Below, piece by piece: positions 36,263 to 45,542 of a stretch of DNA of 64,000 bases; the stretch's first letter is position 1; the number at the start of each line of letters is the position of its first letter. Made by a program: the position numbers and the translations under genes. Source of the DNA: a virus (taxonomy: Duplodnaviria > Caudoviricetes). Location of the stretch: positions 681 through 64,680 of IMG/VR virus record IMGVR_UViG_3300033182_000484, one strand, 5' to 3'. The notes beneath the pieces were generated by a model, which worked only from the letters and a program-made list of their open reading frames with translations, had not been told where the DNA came from and searched no databases.

Positions 36263-38779
36263 TCAGAAGTCCCTCATTCCAGGCATTGGCCTGTACGCTG
36301 GAGCGGGACGTCGGCGGGGGCTTACCGTGCCCCCGCGATATAGGTCTCCTGGGCCGTCAGCACCCGACCGTGCTGCGCTTGCTCCTGGTCCGCCACCCCC
36401 AAGCGCCGAAGCTCTTCCCGCAACATGCGAGCTGAGGGGCTGTCCGAACCGCTCCGCTGGATTGACTTTTGCAGTCTCGCCTCCAGCCGCTCCCGGTAGG
36501 AAATCGTCATAGCTCTCCTTCCCGGCGACCAGCGTGTCAAAATGCGTCAATTCGGAATGAATGACGCCGTCAAGGCCGCCTACGGCATCGGCGATCCTAT
36601 CAAACAGCTCTTCTTTCTCCAACATCAAACCTTGCAGGACCTCCGGGTCAGCCATGGCGGCTCTCGCGCCCTCGTCGAACCGGGAATCGATCTCCGGGAT
36701 CCACTGCATGCGCAGGCCGACGTAGCCTTCCGGGTCCGCGCCGCCCGCTGACTTCACGTCGTGGCGCAGGTCGACGGTCAACGTGAGGCCGTCGGCCCCT
36801 TCGTCGTTGATCGTCTGAATGATTTCCTTCGCCTCCTCCAGATCCTTCGGTGTGCGAAATGCCACAGACAGGCCTGGGCGGGCATTCGGGTTGTTCATGA
36901 CCTCGTGCGACGGCACGATTCGCGACACGAACGCGTCGGTCTGCCCGGCGTCCTTGGCCATCTGGAACACCCGCTGGGTGAACTGGTTCGCATCGAACTG
37001 CGACGGGTCCGCCACCACCTCGACGTCGAATGCTCGCTCGGCATCACCGGCGTACAGGCCCTGGGTCGGCTGGACCTTCACCACGTTCACGCCTGGGGTG
37101 CGGGTCAGGCCGTCCAGCAGCTCCTCGCGCGCGACCTCCTGGGCCGCGTCGGTCGGCACGGTGTCCTGAGTGATCGAGATCCCGGCCTGCCACGCGGACT
37201 GCGGGTTGGCGTCCAGCTGCTGCTCGAACGATCCGCCCTCGCCCTCCTTGGACGTCCAGTTGTTCTCGGTCCAGTGTTCCTTCTCGCGGAACCACATCAT
37301 CGCCTGAACGTCGTCCTGGCCGAGCATTTCGCCCTCGCGCAGCCCGGCGGCCTCGCGGAACGCCGGATCCGCGTTCAGCCGGTCGGTCAGATCCGCGATG
37401 GCCTTCTGGCCGAACCCGAACTCGCCGGTAGCATCGAACCGGCCTGCCTCGGCGGCCTCGCGCGTCACGTTGCCGGTCACGGCCTGCTCCATGCGCGGGG
37501 GCACCCGCTTGCCACCGGCTAGCCGCTGCATCATGCGCGCGGCCCAAACATCGATCGTCGGCTGCGTCGAGAACCCGCCCAGGTTCCCGGCGAAGTTCTT
37601 GGTCTTCGGCTTGCTGCCAGCCTGAGGCGTGCGCCACACGCCGGAGGCCAGCAGCGAATCCATGATGGGCATCGTGTTGATGCCGAACTTGGTGCCGTTC
37701 TCCTTGCGGATGATCGGATAGTTCTCGGGATCCTGCTCGTGGCGCTTCATGTACTCCTTCGGCCCGATTCCGTCCTCCTTCGCCTTGGCGTACTTCGCCA
37801 AGGTGTCGTCGAACTCGCCCTTGGAGAATCGGCGCATGGCCTGATTCGCCAGCGCCCAGTTTTCCTTCACGTTGGTCTGCGCGGAGCTGGCCCCCAGGGT
37901 GTCGACCAGGAGATCGCCCAGGCCGCCGTACTCTTCACGGAACCGGTGCCGGACGTTCTTGTACCAGCCCGCCTGCCGGAAGATCGTCAGCGCATTCGGG
38001 TCGCCCCTGCGCGCGCGCTCGGCCAGCTCATGGAACTCGGTGTGGGCCTTCTTGGCGACCTTGTCCGGCGTCGACAGCTTGTTGAACCCGTAGGCCGCCT
38101 TCTTCCACTCCAGCTTGCCGTCCTTCACCCGGGGCTCGGACATCGGCATCCACCCGTCAGACACGGGGTGGGCCTTCTTGGCGTTCTGGATATCGGCTGA
38201 GAACTTCTTCCGCTTTGCCTTGTCGGTCGTCGCAGCATTGATCACTGCGCGCTCCTCGGGCGTGACCCTCGCGGTCTTCACGGTCGATCGAGCACCGCGC
38301 TTGACGTTCATCGTGTGACCGGCACTCGCGATGTCATCGACGATCGACGGGTTCAGGACATCGTCCACCGCCTTCGCCCCGGCGCGCAGGAACCGCTTGC
38401 CGCCCTTCACCAGGACACTCGGTGCGCCCGCGACGGTCGCGCCCACGCCGATGCTGTTGATCAGATCTGGGTTCGCGAGCCAGTCGTCAATGGCGGCCCC
38501 GCCGCCGACGTAGGGCACGAAGTCCGCAACGCCCACCTCTCCGGGCAAGCCGGATCCCGGTCCCCCTGCCATGGTCTGGGCCGCGTTGCCTGGGAGGCCG
38601 GACAGGGCGCTGGTCAGCGCCCCTCGTGCGGTGGTCGGCGCTGCCGTCGCTGCAGCCGGAGCTGGCGCGGCGCGCGCGGCGAGATAATTCGGATCGGACG
38701 GAGACGGCATCACGGACGCGCGCACGGCGGCGTCGATGTCGGCTGGAATTGGCGCATATGACGGACGGCTGCGTGCCAT
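36263..38779 (-). CDS. Large protein between terminase and portal with a DNA-glycosylase-like (DUF7178-like) central domain
   Basis: WY..GASSAQT.V..N..A, KT.NF..NL.G..TIDVWAAR, DDVQAMMW motifs. Confidence 0.6.
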   Translation of the reverse strand: MARSRPSYAPIPADIDAAVRASVMPSPSDPNYLAARAAPAPAAATAAPTTARGALTSALSGLPGNAAQTMAGGPGSGLPGEVGVADFVPYVGGGAAIDDWLANPDLINSIGVGATVAGAPSVLVKGGKRFLRAGAKAVDDVLNPSIVDDIASAGHTMNVKRGARSTVKTARVTPEERAVINAATTDKAKRKKFSADIQNAKKAHPVSDGWMPMSEPRVKDGKLEWKKAAYGFNKLSTPDKVAKKAHTEFHELAERARRGDPNALTIFRQAGWYKNVRHRFREEYGGLGDLLVDTLGASSAQTNVKENWALANQAMRRFSKGEFDDTLAKYAKAKEDGIGPKEYMKRHEQDPENYPIIRKENGTKFGINTMPIMDSLLASGVWRTPQAGSKPKTKNFAGNLGGFSTQPTIDVWAARMMQRLAGGKRVPPRMEQAVTGNVTREAAEAGRFDATGEFGFGQKAIADLTDRLNADPAFREAAGLREGEMLGQDDVQAMMWFREKEHWTENNWTSKEGEGGSFEQQLDANPQSAWQAGISITQDTVPTDAAQEVAREELLDGLTRTPGVNVVKVQPTQGLYAGDAERAFDVEVVADPSQFDANQFTQRVFQMAKDAGQTDAFVSRIVPSHEVMNNPNARPGLSVAFRTPKDLEEAKEIIQTINDEGADGLTLTVDLRHDVKSAGGADPEGYVGLRMQWIPEIDSRFDEGARAAMADPEVLQGLMLEKEELFDRIADAVGGLDGVIHSELTHFDTLVAGKESYDDFLPGAAGGETAKVNPAERFGQPLSSHVAGRASALGGGGPGASAARSGADGPGDLYRGGTVSPRRRPAPAYRPMPGMRDF

Positions 38780-38858
38780 GCTTCGCCTCACGTTCTAGCC
38801 CAGTGTCGCCTCCAGCACTAGATCGTGGTCACGAAGATGCCCGCGACACCGTGATCCG

Positions 38859-40517
38859 TCAAGCCGCTCGTCGCTTGCGTGACGGGTCGTGGTCGTCCTT
38901 GTTCGGGTCTTTCTTGCCCTCGTCGTGGATCAGCCAGCCGTCCAGAACCAGCTGATGCAGGCCTTGGCAGAACGCGTCGACGTAGTCGTCGTGAGCTATG
39001 CTCCCCTCGAACTTGAAGCTGCACAGCTGCGAGATCAGGTCGTCGGCCCAGTCGACGATGTGCCCCTTGCGGGTCGTGCTCTCGGGCACCCAGACCTTGC
39101 CGTTCTCGGCGTACACCGACATGGCGTTCGCGCGCGACGTCTTGCCGCGTCGACCTGGGTTGTAGGCTTTGACCGGCAGCCCGGCGAGGTTCAGCTCCTG
39201 CTTCACCGCGATCCCGGATCCCTTGTCCTCGACCAGCACCATATCCGCCCGGCGGCCACCCGGCTGATATGCCTGGGGCCCGTACATCGGGTTGCGCAGG
39301 TCGTGAATCTCGAGGTCGGGTTTCACCGTCGGCCCCTCCTGGCCGAACGGATCCTCCAGCTCCCAGGCCGCGCCGTACTGGGTGTTGTACTCGGTCCGCA
39401 TCCGCTTGCGCAGGGTCGGGTAATCCATGTGATCGGACCACGCGTCGATCACCATCGCGTTGTAGACCGGCACGTCGCCCCGGTTGTCGATCCAGATCCC
39501 CAGCGTGACGGCTGCGGTCGGGTCGTTCTTGGTCTCGTCGGTGAACGCGGTGTCGTACGACTGGACGATGAACTCGAAGTAGGGGAACGGCTTCCCGGCA
39601 GGCCAGAGCTGGAACCAATCGCGCTCGTAGATCCCGTCCTCGGCGTCCTTCGGCTCCTGCATGTACAGGCTCGCCCAGGCACGCTTGCCGGAGTTCCGCT
39701 TGATCCGGTCGAGGGCGTCCAGCGGGAACGCCTCCGGCCACAGCGCATCGCCGGGCTTCTTGCCCAGGTACTTCGCCGCCTCGGCGTTCAGGATGGCGGG
39801 CATGCACAGCACGAACCACTGGTCGCCGCCGTTCTTCTCCTCCTGGAGCAGGAACGCGGACAGGTCGTCCTCGTGCATGCGGTGATTGATCAGCACGATC
39901 TTCCCGCCGGGCTGCAGCCGGTTGTAGACCGTGCCCTGATACCAGAGCTGGACCTTGCGGCGCTGGGTCGGTGATTCGGCGTCGTCCATGGATCCGAACG
40001 GATCGTCGATCATGAAGATGTCGGCACCGCGACCGATCGGTCGACCGCCCACGCCGGTGGCGAAGTAGGTGCCGCCCTGGTCGGTCTTCCAGAGGTTCTT
40101 CGCGGTGGTGTCCTCGGACAGGTGCACGTTGGGGAACACCTGATGATACTCCGGCGACCAGATGATGTTTCGGACTTCGCCGCCGAACTCCTGGGCGAGC
40201 GGCATGGTCGCCGAGGCGCTGATGAAGTGCAGGGTCGGATCGTGCCCGAGCGCGAACGCGGGGAACCGGCGGGATGCCAGCTCGGACTTCCCGTGCCTGG
40301 GGCACGTCAGGATCATCAGGCGATCGATCTTGCCGTGGATCACGGCCTCAAGCGTCCGGGCGATGGCCCGGTGATGGATCGCGGTCCTGTACCTGGGGAA
40401 CGTGTACTCAGTGAAGGGTATCAGTTTTTGGGACGCTCGGCGTCTTAGGTCTTCCCTGAGCACGATCTCCGTCAGGCTGTCCATGTCCATGCCCGGGGGC
40501 AGTGGCAGACTTGACAA
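38859..40517 (-). CDS. terL: Terminase large subunit
   Basis: PRHGKS Walker A, IDDP Walker B, SYDTA..D.TA, VEDKGSG, HDDYVDA nuclease motifs. Confidence 0.93.
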   Translation of the reverse strand: MSSLPLPPGMDMDSLTEIVLREDLRRRASQKLIPFTEYTFPRYRTAIHHRAIARTLEAVIHGKIDRLMILTCPRHGKSELASRRFPAFALGHDPTLHFISASATMPLAQEFGGEVRNIIWSPEYHQVFPNVHLSEDTTAKNLWKTDQGGTYFATGVGGRPIGRGADIFMIDDPFGSMDDAESPTQRRKVQLWYQGTVYNRLQPGGKIVLINHRMHEDDLSAFLLQEEKNGGDQWFVLCMPAILNAEAAKYLGKKPGDALWPEAFPLDALDRIKRNSGKRAWASLYMQEPKDAEDGIYERDWFQLWPAGKPFPYFEFIVQSYDTAFTDETKNDPTAAVTLGIWIDNRGDVPVYNAMVIDAWSDHMDYPTLRKRMRTEYNTQYGAAWELEDPFGQEGPTVKPDLEIHDLRNPMYGPQAYQPGGRRADMVLVEDKGSGIAVKQELNLAGLPVKAYNPGRRGKTSRANAMSVYAENGKVWVPESTTRKGHIVDWADDLISQLCSFKFEGSIAHDDYVDAFCQGLHQLVLDGWLIHDEGKKDPNKDDHDPSRKRRAA

Positions 40518-40821
40518 GGTTCACCAGCTCCTTCAGGTCGGCGTCGGAGATATCCTTCAGCGGGGTCGCGGCCACATTGCTGTTCAGCACCTCTTTGGGG
40601 ATGAACTTGGCGATCGTGCCAAGCATTCGGTTCGGGTTCTTGACCAGCTCACCCGCGATCAACTGCGACAGCGGACGGCCCTCGTCGGCGATCTGCTTGA
40701 ACGCGGCGGTCGCCTCGCGGCGCACGAACTCGGCGGGGCTCTCGCCCTCGTTCGGGACGTGGTCCGGGGCCTCCGGCGGAATGCTGCCGTCGTCCTTCGC
40801 GAGTTTCCGGCGTCTGATCAT
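40408..40821 (-). CDS. Putative terminase small subunit
   Basis: Helical 137 aa directly upstream of and overlapping terL; ISDADL.EL motif. Confidence 0.55.
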   Translation of the reverse strand: MIRRRKLAKDDGSIPPEAPDHVPNEGESPAEFVRREATAAFKQIADEGRPLSQLIAGELVKNPNRMLGTIAKFIPKEVLNSNVAATPLKDISDADLKELVNLVKSATAPGHGHGQPDGDRAQGRPKTPSVPKTDTLH

Positions 40822-40845
40822 GCCCCGAAGATGCGGGCGGATCCG

Positions 40846-41064
40846 TCAGAAATCAATTGATTTCTGATCCGGCGGCGGGCATGTACGGGGGGCTGGAGCT
40901 GCCTCCCCAGCACCTTGAGAGCCGTCCGAGACCTCGTGTTTCGGGCGGCTTTCTGCTTTCTCGTAGCAGGTCAGATGCAGGTCCTCGCCGGTGCCGAGCG
41001 TGACGAATCGGTCCGCCTGATAATCGATCGGGAGATCGCACGCGGCGCAGGTCGAGCGGCGCAT
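40846..41064 (-). CDS. Small zinc-binding hypothetical protein
   Basis: CxxC..HxxC; TGATG coupling with the upstream RHH gene. Confidence 0.55.
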   Translation of the reverse strand: MRRSTCAACDLPIDYQADRFVTLGTGEDLHLTCYEKAESRPKHEVSDGSQGAGEAAPAPRTCPPPDQKSIDF

Positions 41065-41222
41065 CAGTCCATCCCCAGCTGCTCCTTCAGGAGCTGCCGA
41101 ACGAGGTCGCTCGTGGTCATGCCCTGGGCCGCCGCGTAGTTGTCGGCTGCCTCCTTGAGTGCCGGGTCGATCCGAAGTTTCAAGATCGCCGACATCGGTT
41201 CTGGTAGCTGTTCATCATCCAT
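41064..41222 (-). CDS. Ribbon-helix-helix (CopG/Arc-like) transcription regulator, 52 aa (absent from the ORF track)
   Basis: MDDEQLPEPMSAILKLRIDPALKEAADNYAAAQGMTTSDLVRQLLKEQLGMD*: alternating beta strand, helix, G-x-T-x-S turn, helix. Confidence 0.8.
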   Translation of the reverse strand: MDDEQLPEPMSAILKLRIDPALKEAADNYAAAQGMTTSDLVRQLLKEQLGMD

Positions 41223-41225
41223 GTT

Positions 41226-41295
41226 TCAGTGTTGCCACAGCTCGATCTCTGTGTCCACAAAGTTGTTGACATTGTGGCCACAACCTCTACAATCT
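41226..41295. promoter_or_regulatory. Divergent promoter region with three TGTGGCCACA-like boxes
   Basis: Rightward TTGACA-N16-TACAAT (41266-41293); boxes at 41230-41239, 41250-41259 and 41273-41282. Confidence 0.8.
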
Positions 41296-41320
41296 GAGTA
41301 ACTGCAACGGAGGCGAAACC

Positions 41321-41527
41321 ATGCAGACCCAGACCGACTTTCTGATCGACAACCAGCGCACCATCTTCGCGGTGATCCCCGTGTCCGACGAGGGCCGCGC
41401 GTGGATCGACGAGCACGTCGCCGACGATGCGCTGTGGTTCGGCAAGAGCCTGATCGTCGAGCACCGGTTCATCGAATCGCTCGTCGACGGCTTCCAGAGC
41501 GACGGCCTCACCTTCGAGGCCGCGTAA
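41321..41527 (+). CDS. Small early protein
   Basis: GGAGGCGAA RBS; P.S..G..W..W.G..VEHR..I..G..DG motif. Confidence 0.75.
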   Translation: MQTQTDFLIDNQRTIFAVIPVSDEGRAWIDEHVADDALWFGKSLIVEHRFIESLVDGFQSDGLTFEAA

Positions 41528-41556
41528 ACCGCAACCCCACAACCCAGGAGGCGAAA

Positions 41557-42156
41557 ATGGGAACTCGCGGATGCATCGGTGTCGTCGTCGACGGCACGTT
41601 CAAAGGATCGTACAACCACTATGACAGCTACCCGGAAGAGCTGGGTGTCAGCATGGTCAAGCAGGCCAGGACGATCGCCAAGGATATCAACAAATACCGC
41701 GACCTCGCGCGCAAGGTGCGGATGGTCGAGGATGGATCCAAGCTGACGGCGGAGGATCACGAGAAGTACGCCCACCTGCGCGGCGATCAGTCCGACTGCC
41801 TCGGCGAGTCGGGACACAACCCGGACGAGGAGTGGTACTCGTTCCTCCGCGACATGCAGGGCGAGCTGGTCAAGTCCCTCGAAGCTGGCGTCATGCTGGA
41901 TGGGTCGAAATTCCCGAACGACAGCCTGTTCTGCGAGTACGCCTACGCGATCAACTTCGACGACAATCTGATCGAGATGTACGAGGGCTTCCAGAAAGAC
42001 CCCGACAAGATCGAGGGCCGGTTTAAGGATGCTCCGGCAGACAGGTCAGGGTACTACGGCTGCACCCTGGTCGGATCCTTCCCGCTCGAAGCCATCCCGG
42101 ACGACTGGCAGGCCCAGGCGTTCCCGCCGGACGAGGATGAAGACGAGGCCGCCTGA
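41557..42156 (+). CDS. Conserved phage early protein (MGTR..YxHYDxYP family)
   Basis: GGAGGCGAA RBS; MGTRG..Y.HYDSYP..LG, SLFCEYAY.I.FD. Confidence 0.8.
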   Translation: MGTRGCIGVVVDGTFKGSYNHYDSYPEELGVSMVKQARTIAKDINKYRDLARKVRMVEDGSKLTAEDHEKYAHLRGDQSDCLGESGHNPDEEWYSFLRDMQGELVKSLEAGVMLDGSKFPNDSLFCEYAYAINFDDNLIEMYEGFQKDPDKIEGRFKDAPADRSGYYGCTLVGSFPLEAIPDDWQAQAFPPDEDEDEAA

Positions 42157-42353
42157 TGGTCGTCGGCTACCTCGTCCTGTGTCTCGCTGGGTACTGCACT
42201 CCGCCACTACCCAGCGAGCACACCTACCCCGATCTCCTGGCCTGCTCCACCCACCAGATGTCCCTGGTCGCGCGCCTGCCGCTCGGCTGGGGCGTCAAGG
42301 ACATGTGGTGCGAGCAGGTGCCCCCGAAACCCGAACCGAGGCCCCAGTCATGA
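42156..42353 (+). CDS. Small Cys-containing hypothetical protein
   Basis: TGATG coupling; hydrophobic N-terminus. Confidence 0.5.
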   Translation: MVVGYLVLCLAGYCTPPLPSEHTYPDLLACSTHQMSLVARLPLGWGVKDMWCEQVPPKPEPRPQS

Positions 42354-42553
42354 AGATCTGGTTCCGCAAATTCCTGATCCGCCTGGGGTGGCGGCGCTGC
42401 CGTCACTGCAACGCGGTGCGGCGTCCGGTGTGGGCGTTGGTCGTGCGGCCCGTCACGTCGTCGTCCACGGATGGCACGATCCCCCCGGAACCGCACGTCG
42501 GCGTCACAATGTACCGCTGGATGTGCCCGGCCTGCTGGAGGACCCATGACTGA
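42350..42553 (+). CDS. Small zinc-ribbon-like protein
   Basis: CxxC..CxxC; ATGA overlap. Confidence 0.5.
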   Translation: MKIWFRKFLIRLGWRRCRHCNAVRRPVWALVVRPVTSSSTDGTIPPEPHVGVTMYRWMCPACWRTHD

Positions 42554-42740
42554 CTTCGACCAGATCAGCCGGGACTACACCCGCTACGTCGCCCGCGAGG
42601 TGATCGGTCCGTGCTTCATGGACTATCGCGCCATCTTCGGATCCACGCTCCGCGACAATCCGTTCCAGGACGTCCTGCCGAGCGAGAGCCTGATCATCGG
42701 CGTCTACCCGTTCCCGCGCGAACCCAACCAGCGCGGCTAG
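42546..42740 (+). CDS. Hypothetical protein
   Basis: GGAGG RBS; precedes terminator hairpins. Confidence 0.5.
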   Translation: MTDFDQISRDYTRYVAREVIGPCFMDYRAIFGSTLRDNPFQDVLPSESLIIGVYPFPREPNQRG

Positions 42741-42766
42741 TCCGGCGAGGCAGCGCCGGACGCACT

Positions 42767-42796
42767 GAGGGCCCCAGGATCGCTCCTGGGGCCCTC
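42767..42796. terminator. 13-bp stem-loop at convergent genes
   Basis: GAGGGCCCCAGGA-TCGC-TCCTGGGGCCCTC. Confidence 0.75.
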
Positions 42797-42805
42797 TTGC
42801 GTTGG

Positions 42806-43021
42806 TCAGCTGCTCGGGCTGTCGTACGGGGGCAACCCCTTTGCCAGCGCCGCGCAGGCGTGCGCCATCACGCGCGGGATCGGCGTCTCGCCCCGCAGCC
42901 AGTTGCGGATCGTGTTGCGATGGACGCCCAGCTCGTTGGCCGCAGCCGTGTCGCTCCAGGCCATCTCCTCCAGGAACGCCTCCAGGTCGGCAGGCGTCAT
43001 GGATCCAGGCACGCGGGTCAT
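42806..43021 (-). CDS. XRE/Cro-type HTH protein
   Basis: MT..L..S..AA.ELGVHRNTI.NW..GE.PIP. Confidence 0.85.
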   Translation of the reverse strand: MTRVPGSMTPADLEAFLEEMAWSDTAAANELGVHRNTIRNWLRGETPIPRVMAHACAALAKGLPPYDSPSS

Positions 43022-43251
43022 AACGCTTTCCTTTCTGCCTTGTCGGCTCTGGCGTTCAGGTTGTCGACGGCCTTTTCCAGCACCTCGCGCCTGTAGTTGC
43101 CGAGCGTCGTCGGCAGGCCGCGAGTCGTGACCGTCATGCGGAACGTCCCGTTCCCGTTGCTATCCACAATGACCCGACCAGGGCCATGCACGCGCGCGTG
43201 CGCGTCATGGTACGCCTGGATCAGGTCCAGGGTGGTTTCATACTTCGACAT
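43018..43251 (-). CDS. Hypothetical protein
   Basis: GGAGG RBS, ATGA overlap. Confidence 0.65.
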   Translation of the reverse strand: MSKYETTLDLIQAYHDAHARVHGPGRVIVDSNGNGTFRMTVTTRGLPTTLGNYRREVLEKAVDNLNARADKAERKAL

Positions 43252-43341
43252 CACTGCCTCCTGTGCTTGCTCTTGCGGGTGTACTTGGTGCGGTCCCGGA
43301 CCACCTGGGGCCGGATCCGCCGCACGGCCTTCGCGACCGGA

Positions 43342-43635
43342 TTACGCTTGCTCGACATCCAACTTCTCCCTCTCGGCGATGGCGTCCACCAGGACACCGT
43401 TCAGCCGCTCGACTTCCAACATCCGGCGGCAGTGCATCTCGACCCGGGTCTCCTCGGGCTGGTGCGGGCTCGTCAGCCACTGCTGGGCCGACGCCGTCAC
43501 CTGCTCGATCGACTTGCGGGTCCGCTCGATCTTCAGATCCAGGTTCCGCAGCTGCGTCTCGCGGGACCAGATCGGACGACGGCCACGCAGAGTGTCGTAG
43601 CGCAGTTCGTCAGCAGCGGTGAAATTCCAAGCCAT
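43342..43635 (-). CDS. Hypothetical coiled-coil protein
   Basis: GGAGGCGA RBS after the leftward promoter. Confidence 0.65.
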   Translation of the reverse strand: MAWNFTAADELRYDTLRGRRPIWSRETQLRNLDLKIERTRKSIEQVTASAQQWLTSPHQPEETRVEMHCRRMLEVERLNGVLVDAIAEREKLDVEQA

Positions 43636-43659
43636 GATCGCCTCCTCGTTTGATCTCCA

Positions 43660-43770
43660 GGCATTCTACATGAACGTGGCCACATGTCCAGAACTATTTC
43701 ACAATTTTTGTGCACTTTGTTGTTGACGTCCTCGGGGTGCATCTCTACAATGTGCGTAGATTGATTGGAG
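43660..43770. promoter_or_regulatory. Divergent sigma70-like promoter pair
   Basis: Leftward TGGACA-N16-TAGAAT (43690-43663) with a box in the spacer; rightward TTGACG-N17-TACAAT (43723-43751). Confidence 0.82.
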
Positions 43771-43777
43771 GCGACCA

Positions 43778-44665
43778 ATGACCCAGTATTTCTCCCGTGA
43801 CGGCGTCGAGCTGAAAGACAGCAACGTCGGCCTGCTGCGCGGCGGCAACATCCAGGTGCTCTGGAACACCGCCGACGGCACCACCATCCAGTATCTGTGG
43901 GATCGTCCCTGCAGCCGTTGCGGCGGCGCGGGCGGTGCCGACAAGTGGGCGCACACCGGCTGGAAGTGCTTCGACTGCGGTGGCAGCGGCAAGCACATCC
44001 ACGGCGCGAAGAAGCTGAAAGGCTACAGCGCCGAGAAGCTGGAGCAGCTGAACGCCACGCAGGCGAAGCGCCGCGAGAAGGCCGCCGCGAAGCGTGAGGC
44101 CGATGCTGCCGCCGCCAAGCGCGCCGCCGAGGCCGCCCTGGCCGAGCGCCTGGAAGACGACGCCCTGCTGCGGCAGATCCGCGACCACGCCGACCAGGAC
44201 GGCATCCTGGCCGACTTCTGGACCCAGGTGTCCGAGCGCAACCGCGAGCTGACCGACCGGCAGCGCGAGTTCGCCCGCACCCTGATCGAGCGTGTGCGCG
44301 AGAACGCGATCAAGGCGAAGGCGAAGGCCGAGGCCGAGGCCGCCATCGAGCGCCTGAACGCCGAGGGCGGTCACGTCGGATCCATCGGCGACCGGATCGA
44401 GATCGACGGCGTCGTCGAAGACGTCATCGCGTTCCGCAGCCACTTCACCTACAGCTACGGCGACAGCGGCGAGCGCCGCATTATCAAGATCCGCCAGGGT
44501 GCCGACCTGCTCGTGTGGTTCACGAGCCCCTGCGGCATCTACAAGGACCACATCGGTCAGCCGATCACCGGCAAGGGCACCGTCAAGAACCACGACGAGC
44601 GCGACGGCGTCCCCCAGACCGTTCTCACCCGCTGCAAGCTGCAGCTCACCGAGGTGGCGGCCTAG
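43778..44665 (+). CDS. Early protein with DnaJ-type zinc finger, coiled coil and OB-fold-like C-terminus
   Basis: CSRCGGAG..CFDCGGSG; C-terminal HVG.IG.R..KGTVK.H..GV.QT.LTR. Confidence 0.72.
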   Translation: MTQYFSRDGVELKDSNVGLLRGGNIQVLWNTADGTTIQYLWDRPCSRCGGAGGADKWAHTGWKCFDCGGSGKHIHGAKKLKGYSAEKLEQLNATQAKRREKAAAKREADAAAAKRAAEAALAERLEDDALLRQIRDHADQDGILADFWTQVSERNRELTDRQREFARTLIERVRENAIKAKAKAEAEAAIERLNAEGGHVGSIGDRIEIDGVVEDVIAFRSHFTYSYGDSGERRIIKIRQGADLLVWFTSPCGIYKDHIGQPITGKGTVKNHDERDGVPQTVLTRCKLQLTEVAA

Positions 44666-44740
44666 GCCGCCCCCACCACCCTCACAGTGAGATAGATTTT
44701 TTTCAGATCTATCTCACTGTGGATCCAGGAGGCGAACACC

Positions 44741-45208
44741 ATGGACAACAACACCATTCACTTCGTTGCGGCCAACGATGCGCCGGTCGAGACGTTCCTG
44801 CCCGACGGCCTGGAGCAGCCGGTCGTCAAGAACCCGCACTTGCCCATCTGCGGCCCGCTCGCGCTTGCCGTCGCCATCGGCGTCCCTGTCGAGGAGATGC
44901 TGGACGTCTACCGCGACCTCTTCAAGCTCGGCCCACGGTGGAAAGGCAGGACCCGCACCAACCAGCACGAAGCCGTCCTGAACGCCCTCGGCGTCGAGTG
45001 GACGCACCACGACCGCAAGGCGCGGGGCACGCTCGGCAAGTGGTTCGAGAACCATGGCGTCAAGGGCCGCACCTATCTGATCCGCACCGGCGGCCACCTC
45101 CAGGTCGTTCGCGACGGGTGGCGCTGCGATCAGAGCGGCTGGATGCCGGTCTGGTCCGATCGCTGCAAGCGCAAGCGGGTCACCCACGTCTACGAAGTCT
45201 TCATCTGA
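44741..45208 (+). CDS. Hypothetical protein, possibly papain-like fold
   Basis: CGP.ALA..GH..V.DG..DQ (Cys-His-Asp order); GGAGGCGAA RBS. Confidence 0.6.
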   Translation: MDNNTIHFVAANDAPVETFLPDGLEQPVVKNPHLPICGPLALAVAIGVPVEEMLDVYRDLFKLGPRWKGRTRTNQHEAVLNALGVEWTHHDRKARGTLGKWFENHGVKGRTYLIRTGGHLQVVRDGWRCDQSGWMPVWSDRCKRKRVTHVYEVFI

Positions 45209-45219
45209 AAGGAACGATC

Positions 45220-45486
45220 ATGATTTACTGGACAACCACCAAAGAGGCCGCCGAGGCCAAGGCCGCCAAGATCGCCGAGACAATGACCGGCGTCGAGTTC
45301 GAGAACACCAAGGTCTACACCCGCTTCGTCGCCGAGCCATACCCCGACGGATCGTCGTTCGGCGGGATCACCCGGGACCGCGACGGCAACGTCACCTGGG
45401 CCGCCAAGTGGGGCGTCGTCGGCAAGTGGCGCTACCGCGACCGCCCCGACCTCCCGGAGTTCGGCGGCGCGTTCATGTCCGCCTGA
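45220..45486 (+). CDS. Hypothetical protein
   Basis: AAAGGA RBS; ends before a hairpin. Confidence 0.65.
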   Translation: MIYWTTTKEAAEAKAAKIAETMTGVEFENTKVYTRFVAEPYPDGSSFGGITRDRDGNVTWAAKWGVVGKWRYRDRPDLPEFGGAFMSA

Positions 45487-45495
45487 AACGCGCGA

Positions 45496-45521
45496 GGCCC
45501 GGCACGCTTCTGTGCCGGGCC
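45496..45521. terminator. 10-bp stem-loop at the convergence of arms
   Basis: GGCCCGGCAC-N6-GTGCCGGGCC. Confidence 0.6.
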
Positions 45522-45542
45522 CGTCCGTGCCAACTTCTGGGT

